From positions 1 through 64,000 of IMG/VR virus record IMGVR_UViG_3300047382_000480: DNA of 64,000 nucleotides, one strand, 5' to 3'. The position numbers and the translations under genes are program-made. Every line of letters begins with the position of its first letter. The first letter of the stretch is position 1. The stretch comes from a virus. The notes below the pieces were generated by a model. It did no database searches. It saw only the letters and a program-made list of their open reading frames with translations, and was not told where the DNA came from. This document shows positions 47,022 through 56,185 of this stretch, piece by piece.

Positions 47022-49270
47022 GCGATTTTTTCAATAAATTTACCTAAAAATTTGCGCGATGTTGACTTAGTTTTTTGGAACTTTCTGAAACCACGAACAA
47101 GATCTCCCTTCTTATCGCTATTTACTTCCAACTCACTTTCTTCACCAAGATCTCTAGAACGCAAAACAAACGCAGTCGGGAAACCATCAAGACCATCGAC
47201 TTGAATATACCCATCAGGCAACCATTCAGATTTCCACTTCTTATCGAACTCACCTTCACTCTGCCAACCATAAATGTTTTTATATTTTTCTTTGATTTGG
47301 CTTCGTGTGGCATCAGAAAGGAAGTAGTTTACAGTCCGAGACCCAGTTGTTCTATCGTAGTGCTTGATTAAAGTTCTACAAACAACGTCATTGAATCTAG
47401 GGTAGTAAATACGATCTGCACCCTTATCGCTGATAGTCGTTATACCATTCTCTCTGATAGCGACACGATCTTTACCATAACCATAAGACCTTGTAACCGC
47501 ATGCTGATTACCCAAACCAATATGACCAGTGTTACCGCCATCAGTTAGGAACAAAGTATTCAGAACATCAACACGATTGTTATTTCTAAAGTCGATAGCG
47601 ATATCTCTCAATAACAATACCATAGAATCCAGCGGTGTACTGCCCAGACATAGGTGTTTCGGTATAGCATATTGGTCACAGTAAGGCAAACCACTCATAC
47701 GTGTCTTGTAATTACTGTACGAAGAACCAATCATAAGCATTGTCTTATGAGCATTTTTGTGTGCCGACGAGGACATACCCGAATGCAGTAGTCGGTTTAT
47801 CAACAGATCCGATTCAACTAACTGGACATCTCCATCCTTTTGATTATCTAGCTTACTGCCAATGTCTGGGTCTTTGTTGTGACCAGTAGTGAACGAATAG
47901 ACTTCGTATGGGATATTCACTTTACGACAAAAGGCAACCTGAAGAAGCATTTGTTCAATAGTGGCTTGAACCTTTTCATACATTGACCCAGAGAAGTCAA
48001 CAACCATAAGCATACCATGATTCTTTCCATCAGGAGTAACTGTGCTAGATAAGAAAACATCTTCAGTGAGTTTAGTCGCCCACAACTTATTCATATTCAA
48101 GTCGCCAGTTTTATGCTCACGGGACTTTGCCAATTGATTTGCTTTACGTTTTGCTTCAAACTGAGAGACCATTAAATTAAGGAATGGTCTGTTTTTCTTG
48201 TTGAAATTATTTACCAACATGGAACCAGCTTCATCAAAACTGATTGTATCGCCATCATCATACCAACGGCTAGAATGTCTACCGCTAACATAAAACTCAT
48301 TATCATTTCTAATAGCTTCGTCAACACCATCCAAAGCATTCATATTGACGAACTTAGTATAATCTAAATTCTTAGGAAAGTCTACCCAGTGAATATCGCC
48401 TTCATTTTTGTGATCAATCAGCTTTTCTTCGTTATCACGAAAGTTTTGATCTGTTACAGAGACAGGCTCATCAGAATACTCATTATCTAAGATAGAAGTC
48501 GAGTCTTTTTCTTCGCCTTCTTCATCATCAGAAGTTTCAAGTTTTTCACCCGAATCCTGCTGTTGCTCAGATTCAGCGGAGTCATCAGAATCGTGTTCTT
48601 CGTTTTGATCTTCTTCGCTCGGTTGACTGTCAGGACTTTCTGATTCTACTGGCTCATCATAGTCTCCCTGCTCAGGATCACCATGGAACGCATCAGGTAA
48701 CTCTTGATCAACATCCTCAGTCTCAGCATAAGCATAAAGTTTTTCAGCAACCTTAACAACATCGTCCCAACTTTCAGTAGAAGAAACGAGGTCAACAAAC
48801 TTTTGCTCCTCGTCAGTAAACTCTATGTTAGCAAACATACCGACTTTGAAGAAAAGATTTATGCGGTCAATCAGGGGATAATCGTTGATGTCGTTCTCAC
48901 CAAGACCAAAAAAGTCCATCTCATACAACTCACGATATCCTTTGAAGAAACTCTTTGTGAGTCCTGGAAAACGATTTTTGATGTCTCGCTCAATACGAGC
49001 ATCTTCAACGACATTAAGGAAAGACTTGAAGCCACGACCCTTTGTTTCTATCGAGTCGTGCCATCCTTCAAGTGGGGTGTTCAGCGCATGACTAACTTCG
49101 TGACCAATGAATAGGTCATACATCTCTGGGCTGATGTCAGATTTTAAAATAGGAAGAACAACCTTTCGGTCTTTAAGGTCAAAATATGCAGTTGGCACAT
49201 TCTTATGCTCAAGGCTGACATTCTCAGTAGCGAGCAATTTTGCTAGTGTACTTTTACGTTCAATATCCAT
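47018..49270 (-). CDS. Metallopeptidase-like plus vWA protein (CobT-like AAA+ partner)
   Basis: HEVSH, NVVEDARIE, acidic linker, DFSGSM MIDAS, TPL, FLTDG. Confidence 0.85.
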   Translation of the reverse strand: MDIERKSTLAKLLATENVSLEHKNVPTAYFDLKDRKVVLPILKSDISPEMYDLFIGHEVSHALNTPLEGWHDSIETKGRGFKSFLNVVEDARIERDIKNRFPGLTKSFFKGYRELYEMDFFGLGENDINDYPLIDRINLFFKVGMFANIEFTDEEQKFVDLVSSTESWDDVVKVAEKLYAYAETEDVDQELPDAFHGDPEQGDYDEPVESESPDSQPSEEDQNEEHDSDDSAESEQQQDSGEKLETSDDEEGEEKDSTSILDNEYSDEPVSVTDQNFRDNEEKLIDHKNEGDIHWVDFPKNLDYTKFVNMNALDGVDEAIRNDNEFYVSGRHSSRWYDDGDTISFDEAGSMLVNNFNKKNRPFLNLMVSQFEAKRKANQLAKSREHKTGDLNMNKLWATKLTEDVFLSSTVTPDGKNHGMLMVVDFSGSMYEKVQATIEQMLLQVAFCRKVNIPYEVYSFTTGHNKDPDIGSKLDNQKDGDVQLVESDLLINRLLHSGMSSSAHKNAHKTMLMIGSSYSNYKTRMSGLPYCDQYAIPKHLCLGSTPLDSMVLLLRDIAIDFRNNNRVDVLNTLFLTDGGNTGHIGLGNQHAVTRSYGYGKDRVAIRENGITTISDKGADRIYYPRFNDVVCRTLIKHYDRTTGSRTVNYFLSDATRSQIKEKYKNIYGWQSEGEFDKKWKSEWLPDGYIQVDGLDGFPTAFVLRSRDLGEESELEVNSDKKGDLVRGFRKFQKTKSTSRKFLGKFIEKIA

Positions 49271-49294
49271 AACTTCTCCTCAACTCTTATACAT

Positions 49295-49323
49295 ATTATC
49301 GCGCATATTGAGGTAAAAGTCAA
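49295..49323 (-). promoter_or_regulatory. Sigma70-type promoter
   Basis: TTGACT-17-GATAAT. Confidence 0.7.
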
Positions 49324-49372
49324 CACTTTTCTTGTCTTTTTTTAAAAAAAGTTTTATTGCAAAATCAACAAC

Positions 49373-49747
49373 TTAGCTAATTTGTTCAAAATATCTTGTA
49401 ATCGCCTTGATTTTTTCGATCTGTTTATCGATAATGACAGTTCGGTTTGGCCATTTGATAATATCTTTTTCAGGGTTCTTCTTTAGATTGAGTAATAACG
49501 GAAGGATCAGATCTTCGACATCTCTCAGTTTTCCCGCAACATCTTGTTCAACGAGATTGCGATGCTCATTAATCATACCTGAATTATCGGACGATAGGAT
49601 TCTTGCCTCGAGTTGCTCGAGTTTATCCATTATAGAGTCCATCTGGTCTGATGATACTTCTGCTGTTACAGTTTGAGGTGCTGACGTAGATCCTTCGATC
49701 TCGTCTTCGTCCACCATAGTGAACCCAAAATCATAGTCTTCTGACAT
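49373..49747 (-). CDS. Hypothetical phage protein
   Basis: DFGFT..D, ILPLL.NLKKNPEKD.I.WPNR; late promoter upstream. Confidence 0.7.
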   Translation of the reverse strand: MSEDYDFGFTMVDEDEIEGSTSAPQTVTAEVSSDQMDSIMDKLEQLEARILSSDNSGMINEHRNLVEQDVAGKLRDVEDLILPLLLNLKKNPEKDIIKWPNRTVIIDKQIEKIKAITRYFEQIS

Positions 49748-49771
49748 ATTGCTTACTCCTTGATATTAGTA

Positions 49772-49779
49772 TATTTATA
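49772..49779 (-). promoter_or_regulatory. T4-type late promoter
   Basis: TATAAATA. Confidence 0.65.
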
Positions 49780-49974
49780 TCAAGTGTTATCGCTGTCGCA
49801 ATATTTTACCTTGCTTTTATCGTACAACTTTACTTCTTTTCGGAATCTTTTGTTATACCCACGTTTGATTTTCTTTGCCACGCCTGACTTTGTAAGATAA
49901 CAGTAATATTTTCTTGCACTGGTTAGCGCATCAAACTCAGCAACACCTTTTAGTTTTATTCTCAGCTTTTTCAT
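49780..49974 (-). CDS. Small basic hypothetical protein
   Basis: 64 aa, GGAG SD. Confidence 0.6.
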   Translation of the reverse strand: MKKLRIKLKGVAEFDALTSARKYYCYLTKSGVAKKIKRGYNKRFRKEVKLYDKSKVKYCDSDNT

Positions 49975-49984
49975 ATCAGCACTC

Positions 49985-50497
49985 CTACTGTATTTTGCTT
50001 CGAATTTTCCTCACGACCTTTTTCTTCATTGCTTTTATTGCTCGGTCTAGTTTCAACTTCGAAACACGTTGTGTGAAATTCTGACCCACCATGTGGTCAT
50101 ACTCATGCAGTACAACTCTTGCTGCCATACCCGCAAATTCCTCAACAACATCTGCACCTTCTGTATCTTGATATTTCACAGTTACTTTAGTTGGTCTCCG
50201 AATCATAAGAAAGACTCCAGGGAGAGAAAGACACCCTTCCTTCATCGCCTCAGTTTCTTCGCCCAATGCTATGATGACAGGGTTGATAATGTATCTAGTA
50301 ATATCTTTACCATCACCGAATGTAAATACTTTTGCATCTAAGCCGACTTGATTTGCAGAAAGACCTATACCACCAAGTTCTAGCTGTTTGGCAAATAACT
50401 TGTCACAAAACTCTTTTGCGTCATGTTCTTCAAAATCAAACTCTTTTGGCTCGCGCTTTAGTAATTCATTTCCAAATTCTATTAATTCAAGTTCCAT
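49985..50497 (-). CDS. def: Peptide deformylase
   Basis: GIGLSANQVG, EGCLSLP, HEYDH. Confidence 0.95.
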   Translation of the reverse strand: MELELIEFGNELLKREPKEFDFEEHDAKEFCDKLFAKQLELGGIGLSANQVGLDAKVFTFGDGKDITRYIINPVIIALGEETEAMKEGCLSLPGVFLMIRRPTKVTVKYQDTEGADVVEEFAGMAARVVLHEYDHMVGQNFTQRVSKLKLDRAIKAMKKKVVRKIRSKIQ

Positions 50498-52167
50498 TAT
50501 ATCATTACCGAATAGTTTTGTCTTTTTTCAAATTTAATTACTGATCTAAACTTATCAAACAACTGGTCTCCCTTGTGGCTTATGACAAATACATTTGTAT
50601 CATCGCCTATGGTGTTCAATAAGGTCATAACATAATCTGTTCCGTTGTTATCCAGGGAACTGTCAAACACCTCATCAAGTATAAGAAGATTAGTGCTTGC
50701 ACTGTTTTTCATCTTAGCGATAGTTCTCCAAGTAAACAATAACGCCAAGTCAATACGCTGTTTCTCACCCTCACTGAACGAGGCATATGAGAATTTATCC
50801 CTGCCTCGAGACTTTATTGTTTCATTAAACTTTTCGTCAAGATTAAAGTTTACAAAGAAGTCCATTGCTGCAAGATACTTATTCGCCAAAGTATTGATGG
50901 CTGGTAGATATTGTTTGATAATCCTAGTCTTGATACCAGTATCTTTAAGTAATGCAGCAACTGCCTGCATATAATGCATTTGCTCGTTCTTCTCAGAACG
51001 ATTTTTGTTTTCTACTGTAACCTCTTTAGCGAGTTCTTTTAATTTAGTCTGTTCAGATTCAATGTCTGCAACACGACCTCTTGCGTCTCCGAGTTCTGCG
51101 TGCAAGCGTTGAAGGTATCTTTGCTGACTTGTGATTTCATTATTCGTTTCAATTATTTGATTCTGTAACTCTTGGTATTCTGTTATAAGAGAATCTACAC
51201 GATCAAACTCGTCTTTCATTTCAGTAGAAGCAGTTTCAAGTTCTTGTATCTTACCCTCACGCTCCGTTTGTATTTCTTTTTTATGCTCGTGAGGAATACC
51301 CTGCTTACAAGTCGGGCAATCATCATGCTTCTCATAAAATTCTAACTCTTTATTGAGCTTCTTGACCTGCGAAATAAATTTCTCATTAATCGCCTCGAGT
51401 TTTCTTTTTTTCGTAGTCGGATCGCCCATGCTCTGCGCCTTTTCTGACTTAGTGCCTGATTCCTTCTTAAGAACTTCGATCTTCTCATCTAACTCAGTTA
51501 TCTCCGATTCAATCTCGCTAATCTTATCAGCTTTATTGTTTTCTAGAGTTTCAATATACCTTTTTTGTATAGTGGCTTTTTGTTTTGCTACTTCCACCTT
51601 ACCCTCGATATCTCGAATCTCTCCCTGAATACCTGTAAGCTGTTGTTTGAGCAATCCATTCATAGTTGTGAAGATCTGAATATCTAAAATATCTTCAATG
51701 ACTTCTCGTCTAATATATGCAGGAAGTTGCATAAAGGGTGTGAATGATGCACTACCCAAGATAACAATCTGGGTAAACGATTTAAAGTTTAGGTTCAGTA
51801 CAGACTCTTCAAGGTATTTTTGCGTATCTCTGAGTGCAGCATCCTGATCGATCATCTGACCATCTCGATGAATCTCAAAAATGTTTGGTCTGATACCACG
51901 AACAACTTTGTATTCAGTTTTACCGATTCGGAACTCAACTTCAACCATCAACTCTTTTTGATTCACAGAGTTTACTAGCTGAGGTTTATTAATATTCCTG
52001 AATGGTTTATTGAATAGTCCAAAACACAGAGCATCTAGGAAAGTAGATTTACCAGCACCATTATCACCAACTATGAGAGTAGAAGGCGAGCGTGTAAAAT
52101 CAACTTCAGAGAATGCATTACCAGTAGAAAGAAAGTTTTTCCACCGCAGTTTTTCAAAGTAAATCAT
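50497..52167 (-). CDS. 46: Recombination endonuclease subunit gp46 (Rad50/SbcC-like)
   Basis: KNFLSTGN, GDNGAGKST, CPTC hook, FSEGEK, LILDE, ISH. Confidence 0.96.
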   Translation of the reverse strand: MIYFEKLRWKNFLSTGNAFSEVDFTRSPSTLIVGDNGAGKSTFLDALCFGLFNKPFRNINKPQLVNSVNQKELMVEVEFRIGKTEYKVVRGIRPNIFEIHRDGQMIDQDAALRDTQKYLEESVLNLNFKSFTQIVILGSASFTPFMQLPAYIRREVIEDILDIQIFTTMNGLLKQQLTGIQGEIRDIEGKVEVAKQKATIQKRYIETLENNKADKISEIESEITELDEKIEVLKKESGTKSEKAQSMGDPTTKKRKLEAINEKFISQVKKLNKELEFYEKHDDCPTCKQGIPHEHKKEIQTEREGKIQELETASTEMKDEFDRVDSLITEYQELQNQIIETNNEITSQQRYLQRLHAELGDARGRVADIESEQTKLKELAKEVTVENKNRSEKNEQMHYMQAVAALLKDTGIKTRIIKQYLPAINTLANKYLAAMDFFVNFNLDEKFNETIKSRGRDKFSYASFSEGEKQRIDLALLFTWRTIAKMKNSASTNLLILDEVFDSSLDNNGTDYVMTLLNTIGDDTNVFVISHKGDQLFDKFRSVIKFEKRQNYSVMI

Positions 52168-53228
52168 TATATATTCTTTGCTTCTACATAAAGACCTTTG
52201 ACTACATCCTTGAGTCTATTTCGGTCTAGGTCAGTGTGAATGTTGTCGATGTATTCATCAAGCAACGTGATCGTATCTTCAAGATTGAGGTTATCTGCGT
52301 CAATAGCTTCATCCTCGAACTCAGAGAAGTCTTCTATTATTTTTATCTCAATCAAATTACAAGATTCGAGCCTATCTATAAAGGAATCAAACTTAGAAAA
52401 ATCGCTTTTGTTTACTACAACTACTTTAACTGAACCCCCGACAATCCTATCATAATCGATAGCATCAATATCTGTTCCCATAGAATCGTCTGCGTCGTTA
52501 TAGTAGAATTTATGAAAGATGTTAAACGGATTTTCAATAAACTCAAGCTCATTTGTTTTCGTATCGTAGATATGAAACCCTCTAGGATCATCATAATCGC
52601 TCCATGTAATTTCGTAAGGATTGCCAAGATAGGTGATGTTTCCGTTACTGCTTCGGTGATGAAAATGACCAGAACACACTAACTCAAACTTGTTAAAAAT
52701 CGAAGGATCCATCCCATGATCGTTTGAATGACCTTTATACATCTGGAAACCAGATAACTCGTAATGCCCAAAACAAACTTCAGCATCTGTTTCGTCAATA
52801 GCTTCCATGGTTTGTTTGTAGTTATCGGAACATATCCAAGGAGTAAAAAGAATATCTCTATTGTCAAAAGATATCGTAGTTACCTCTGGGTAGATTGTGA
52901 TGTTATCGTAATCCTTTAACAACAACTCTGGTGAATTAACTTCATTGGTATTCTTAAAATATGTATCGTGATTTCCAGGAATCATATGCATATCAATTTG
53001 CATTTCTTTTGCTTTATCAAAGAAATACTCTCTACACTTTTTGTATGTGTTGAAGTTAATAAACTTTCTGCGATCGAAAATATCACCCAAGTGGATGACT
53101 GTTTTAATCTGACGTTTTTCTAGTTCGGGAAAAAACTTTTCAGTGTAAAATTTCTCAAAGAAATTATCGAAAGGTATGGAGTCAGATCTAGCACCAAAGT
53201 GCGTGTCGGTAATTAATGCTATTTTCAT
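52167..53228 (-). CDS. 47: Recombination endonuclease subunit gp47 (Mre11/SbcD-like)
   Basis: TDTHFG, HLGDIFD, GNHD, GHFH. Confidence 0.95.
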   Translation of the reverse strand: MKIALITDTHFGARSDSIPFDNFFEKFYTEKFFPELEKRQIKTVIHLGDIFDRRKFINFNTYKKCREYFFDKAKEMQIDMHMIPGNHDTYFKNTNEVNSPELLLKDYDNITIYPEVTTISFDNRDILFTPWICSDNYKQTMEAIDETDAEVCFGHYELSGFQMYKGHSNDHGMDPSIFNKFELVCSGHFHHRSSNGNITYLGNPYEITWSDYDDPRGFHIYDTKTNELEFIENPFNIFHKFYYNDADDSMGTDIDAIDYDRIVGGSVKVVVVNKSDFSKFDSFIDRLESCNLIEIKIIEDFSEFEDEAIDADNLNLEDTITLLDEYIDNIHTDLDRNRLKDVVKGLYVEAKNI

Positions 53229-53644
53229 TTCATATATTCCTTGATTCGCGATCTCAAAATTACCAACCTTTGTTCAGTAAGGTTCCAATCAGAAACACGA
53301 TAATCAAACTTCTCAGGTTCTTGAAATACTTTATTTGTATCTTCAAATCTACTTTGTTTGATGGTATCCATCCATATCATAAAGTCAGGATGGAAAGTTT
53401 TTCTTGCTTCCTCTGTAGGACAAACAAAATCTACGATTGCAACTTTACCTGACCTCACAACACCATCCGCTAAATAACACATTCTTTGCGCTTGCCTCAA
53501 ACGACCCTCGTCGCTAAAATCCCAATCATCATATTCTTCTCTGACTTGATCAGCGTTTATATGAACACTCTCAAAGATTCCACAAAGAGCTTCGGCAAGA
53601 GTTGTCTTACCAGATCCAGGAAGACCCATTATCAGGATCTTCAT
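53225..53644 (-). CDS. Adenylylsulfate kinase-like P-loop kinase
   Basis: GLPGSGKTT, INADQVR, DFSDEGR, DFVCP, FQEP. Confidence 0.65.
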   Translation of the reverse strand: MKILIMGLPGSGKTTLAEALCGIFESVHINADQVREEYDDWDFSDEGRLRQAQRMCYLADGVVRSGKVAIVDFVCPTEEARKTFHPDFMIWMDTIKQSRFEDTNKVFQEPEKFDYRVSDWNLTEQRLVILRSRIKEYMK

Positions 53645-54183
53645 GCAGCATAATACCAATCTGGAGTGTCACGCTTAGTCCAAACAGCCATCTTGGCTTT
53701 AGCGATGCGATAGTATTGACGATATGCTTCTATAGAATCTGATTGCTTGAATTCATCTGGCATAGCTTGAGGCATTTTCGTCATTGGACCAGATTTAATC
53801 CCTTCTGGTGGTTTATTTAGGATATGCTGCAACTTTTGTTGCGTTAGGTGCACTTTTCCATATCGGTATGTATACTCTTTACACAACTCTTGCCACAAAG
53901 AATGAAGCCACATATAGTTACTGTGAGATTCTCGAGCCCAAATACCAGATGGGTGATTGACGTGTGACGCTTTGTATAAAATTTGATCTTGCTCTGGGTT
54001 TGGGTGTTCCCATCTAGCAATTTTACGACCAGAAGAAGTTTTGTCGTACCATTGAGTTCCGTCAATAACACGATGTGCTGTTGACATAAGTTGAGCATAT
54101 TCGATAATCATCTTGACGACATGCTTGTCAAGGTGCTGTTTAGCAGCAGTTTCATAGTTCTCATGCAAGTAAAATATATTCAT
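53641..54183 (-). CDS. Pyrimidine dimer DNA glycosylase-like protein
   Basis: MNIFYL...DKHVVKMIIEYAQL, HVNHPS, EYTYRYGKVH, QAMP, AYRQYY. Confidence 0.75.
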   Translation of the reverse strand: MNIFYLHENYETAAKQHLDKHVVKMIIEYAQLMSTAHRVIDGTQWYDKTSSGRKIARWEHPNPEQDQILYKASHVNHPSGIWARESHSNYMWLHSLWQELCKEYTYRYGKVHLTQQKLQHILNKPPEGIKSGPMTKMPQAMPDEFKQSDSIEAYRQYYRIAKAKMAVWTKRDTPDWYYAA

Positions 54184-54206
54184 CTCATCCTCCCAATAAA
54201 GTAATG

Positions 54207-54235
54207 ATTATACAACAATTTTCTTGCTAAGTCAA
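54207..54235 (-). promoter_or_regulatory. Sigma70-type promoter
   Basis: TTGACT-17-TATAAT. Confidence 0.75.
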
Positions 54236-54248
54236 GGTCTTTTTGATT

Positions 54249-54458
54249 TTAACTATATGACGTGCGACCTTCAAGGGCATCTGAAATTCTTTTACGAGCA
54301 TCTCTATCACCCAATTCATACGCTTGCAACACAATAGTATATATTTCTTTTGCTGAAAAGTCAAGCATATTTTTTAGTTGAGTAGTTCCCTCTTTGCTTC
54401 TTTCCTCGATCTGTAGCGTATCGGAGTCTAGCAACCTAATGTCCGAAATATCTTGCAT
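54249..54458 (-). CDS. Hypothetical protein
   Basis: 69 aa ORF in gene string with AAGGA SD. Confidence 0.55.
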   Translation of the reverse strand: MQDISDIRLLDSDTLQIEERSKEGTTQLKNMLDFSAKEIYTIVLQAYELGDRDARKRISDALEGRTSYS

Positions 54459-54459
54459 T

Positions 54460-55020
54460 CTATGTCCTTAGAATTGTAACTAGAGTGTTTGTTTGGCTAA
54501 TAGCGTCATCAAGAGCATTGTGGTGTGTGTCGTCTTCGTTTGCTCTGATTTTTGCGTTACTCACACCAACTAAATTGGTTGCAGTTTTAAAGCAATGAAT
54601 GTGCCAATATTTCCATGGTGGCTTCTCATATCCAAGAGCATACATAGCAGATTCTAATATCTGAACATCAAACCCAGCACTATTTCCCCAAATGGGGATA
54701 GACTTTGAACCATACCACTCTCGAAACTCAGGTATCGCTTTGTCGAATGGAATTGTATCAGTAGTCAATTGCTTCAACGCATGTTTATTCTGTTTGCTCC
54801 ACCAATTGATAGTTCCCTTATCTACATGGCGATTATATTTCTTACAGGTTGATGCATCTATGTTTTGATAATATGTATCAATTACACCGCTCTCAATATT
54901 AAATTTTGTGGCTCCAATAGATAAAATTGCAGCATCACCCCTTGTACTGAGAGTTTCTATATCAACCATAACTTGATACTGTTTCGGATCAGTAAAAAGT
55001 TGCGCACCATCTTTCATCAA
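54460..55020 (-). CDS. DEDDh 3'-5' exonuclease (DexA-like)
   Basis: MVDIETL, WGNSAGFD, HHNALDDA. Confidence 0.85.
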   Translation of the reverse strand: MMKDGAQLFTDPKQYQVMVDIETLSTRGDAAILSIGATKFNIESGVIDTYYQNIDASTCKKYNRHVDKGTINWWSKQNKHALKQLTTDTIPFDKAIPEFREWYGSKSIPIWGNSAGFDVQILESAMYALGYEKPPWKYWHIHCFKTATNLVGVSNAKIRANEDDTHHNALDDAISQTNTLVTILRT

Positions 55021-55631
55021 GATTTATCTCCATCCATATCTTTCATAACTTCAAGTTTTTCTTTAGCGAGTTTTAATGCTTCTTTATCGTCTAAATATTT
55101 TGGTCTTCGTTTTTTGAGTTTTGCCTTTTGATCAGCATGCTTTTCTTCAAGTTGTGCTGCATCATCCACTGCTTTACGAATATACTCTAGATACTCACTG
55201 CTTCCATCGTTTCCATCAGAATCTGCAGTCATTAGTTCTTGAATATCTAAACTACCGATATATTTTTTCTTTGTATCCATTTGCCGTTTCTCTTTTTGGA
55301 TACGACGAATAAATGCATAATATGTGATTTGCGTAAAATATGCAAAGGGATTTTTTGATTTTGCTGGATCAAAATTATCAATATATGTAATGCAATTTTC
55401 TATACCATCAAGAATCATCTCGTCTCGAAAAGTATAGTTTACAAAGTTTGATTTATATGCGAGATGATTAGCGATTTTAACCATGCATTCACCAAGATAT
55501 TCTGGCACACGAGGTTTTTCCTCGCCAGATTCTTTTGCAGCAAGGACTTTCTCGCGATACTCAGTAATCGCTTCTAGGAATTCTTTGTTGTCAACGTAAT
55601 GTCGACTGTTGGGATCTCTTCTTTTAGCCAT
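55017..55631 (-). CDS. 55: Late transcription sigma factor gp55
   Basis: HYVDNKEF, NFVNYTFRDEMILDGIENC, NPFAYFTQI. Confidence 0.95.
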   Translation of the reverse strand: MAKRRDPNSRHYVDNKEFLEAITEYREKVLAAKESGEEKPRVPEYLGECMVKIANHLAYKSNFVNYTFRDEMILDGIENCITYIDNFDPAKSKNPFAYFTQITYYAFIRRIQKEKRQMDTKKKYIGSLDIQELMTADSDGNDGSSEYLEYIRKAVDDAAQLEEKHADQKAKLKKRRPKYLDDKEALKLAKEKLEVMKDMDGDKS

Positions 55632-55640
55632 AATATCACC

Positions 55641-55669
55641 ATTATACATCAATGTTTGAAAATAGTCAA
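55641..55669 (-). promoter_or_regulatory. Sigma70-type promoter for gp55
   Basis: TTGACT-17-TATAAT, 9 nt before ATG. Confidence 0.75.
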
Positions 55670-55714
55670 GCAGTTTTTATAAAAAAGTTTTTTTAAAAAA
55701 GATCAAAATAATGC

Positions 55715-55743
55715 TTGACTATTACATTGACCTTGGGTATAAT
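55715..55743 (+). promoter_or_regulatory. Divergent plus-strand sigma70 promoter with no credible downstream gene
   Basis: TTGACT-17-TATAAT, preceded by A/T tracts. Confidence 0.65.
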
Positions 55744-55771
55744 CAGCGTGTCGCTGTTTGAAAGGACAGTT

Positions 55772-56185
55772 TCAATTTAATTTGTTTTTGTTTCTTGCTT
55801 CCATATATTTAAGAAGATCATCTGGACTAAGAGTTTCAGAAAGAAGTTCATCAGTAGCAGCATGCTTACGTTGTAACCTTTCTTCAAAGAAGATCTTTTT
55901 AACACACTGTTCATACCCTTCCTTGTGCGATTCAATCAGTTTAGATACAACCATAATAGAAGAAGTCGATACTGTGAACGCAACATCATCAGAAAGACCC
56001 ATCCAAGATTTCAGCATATAAGACTCACTAAGACTTTCGTCATATTCGTCAATTCCACCAGAATAAACTTCAATAGGATACATTATATTGATAAAGTCTT
56101 CAGATAAATCATAATCGTTTTGCACACAGGCGACGATCGTTATCCCGTCATTGAATCGAATAACTCTTATCTTATCGAAAGTCAT
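55772..56185 (-). CDS. Hypothetical protein between uvsW and gp55
   Basis: 137 aa, coupled to uvsW; Sm-like pattern. Confidence 0.65.
   Translation of the reverse strand: MTFDKIRVIRFNDGITIVACVQNDYDLSEDFINIMYPIEVYSGGIDEYDESLSESYMLKSWMGLSDDVAFTVSTSSIMVVSKLIESHKEGYEQCVKKIFFEERLQRKHAATDELLSETLSPDDLLKYMEARNKNKLN

Noticed and set aside
55758-56021. 87 aa plus-strand ORF downstream of the orphan promoter
   Set aside because: TTG start without SD, almost wholly antisense to a real gene, no motifs
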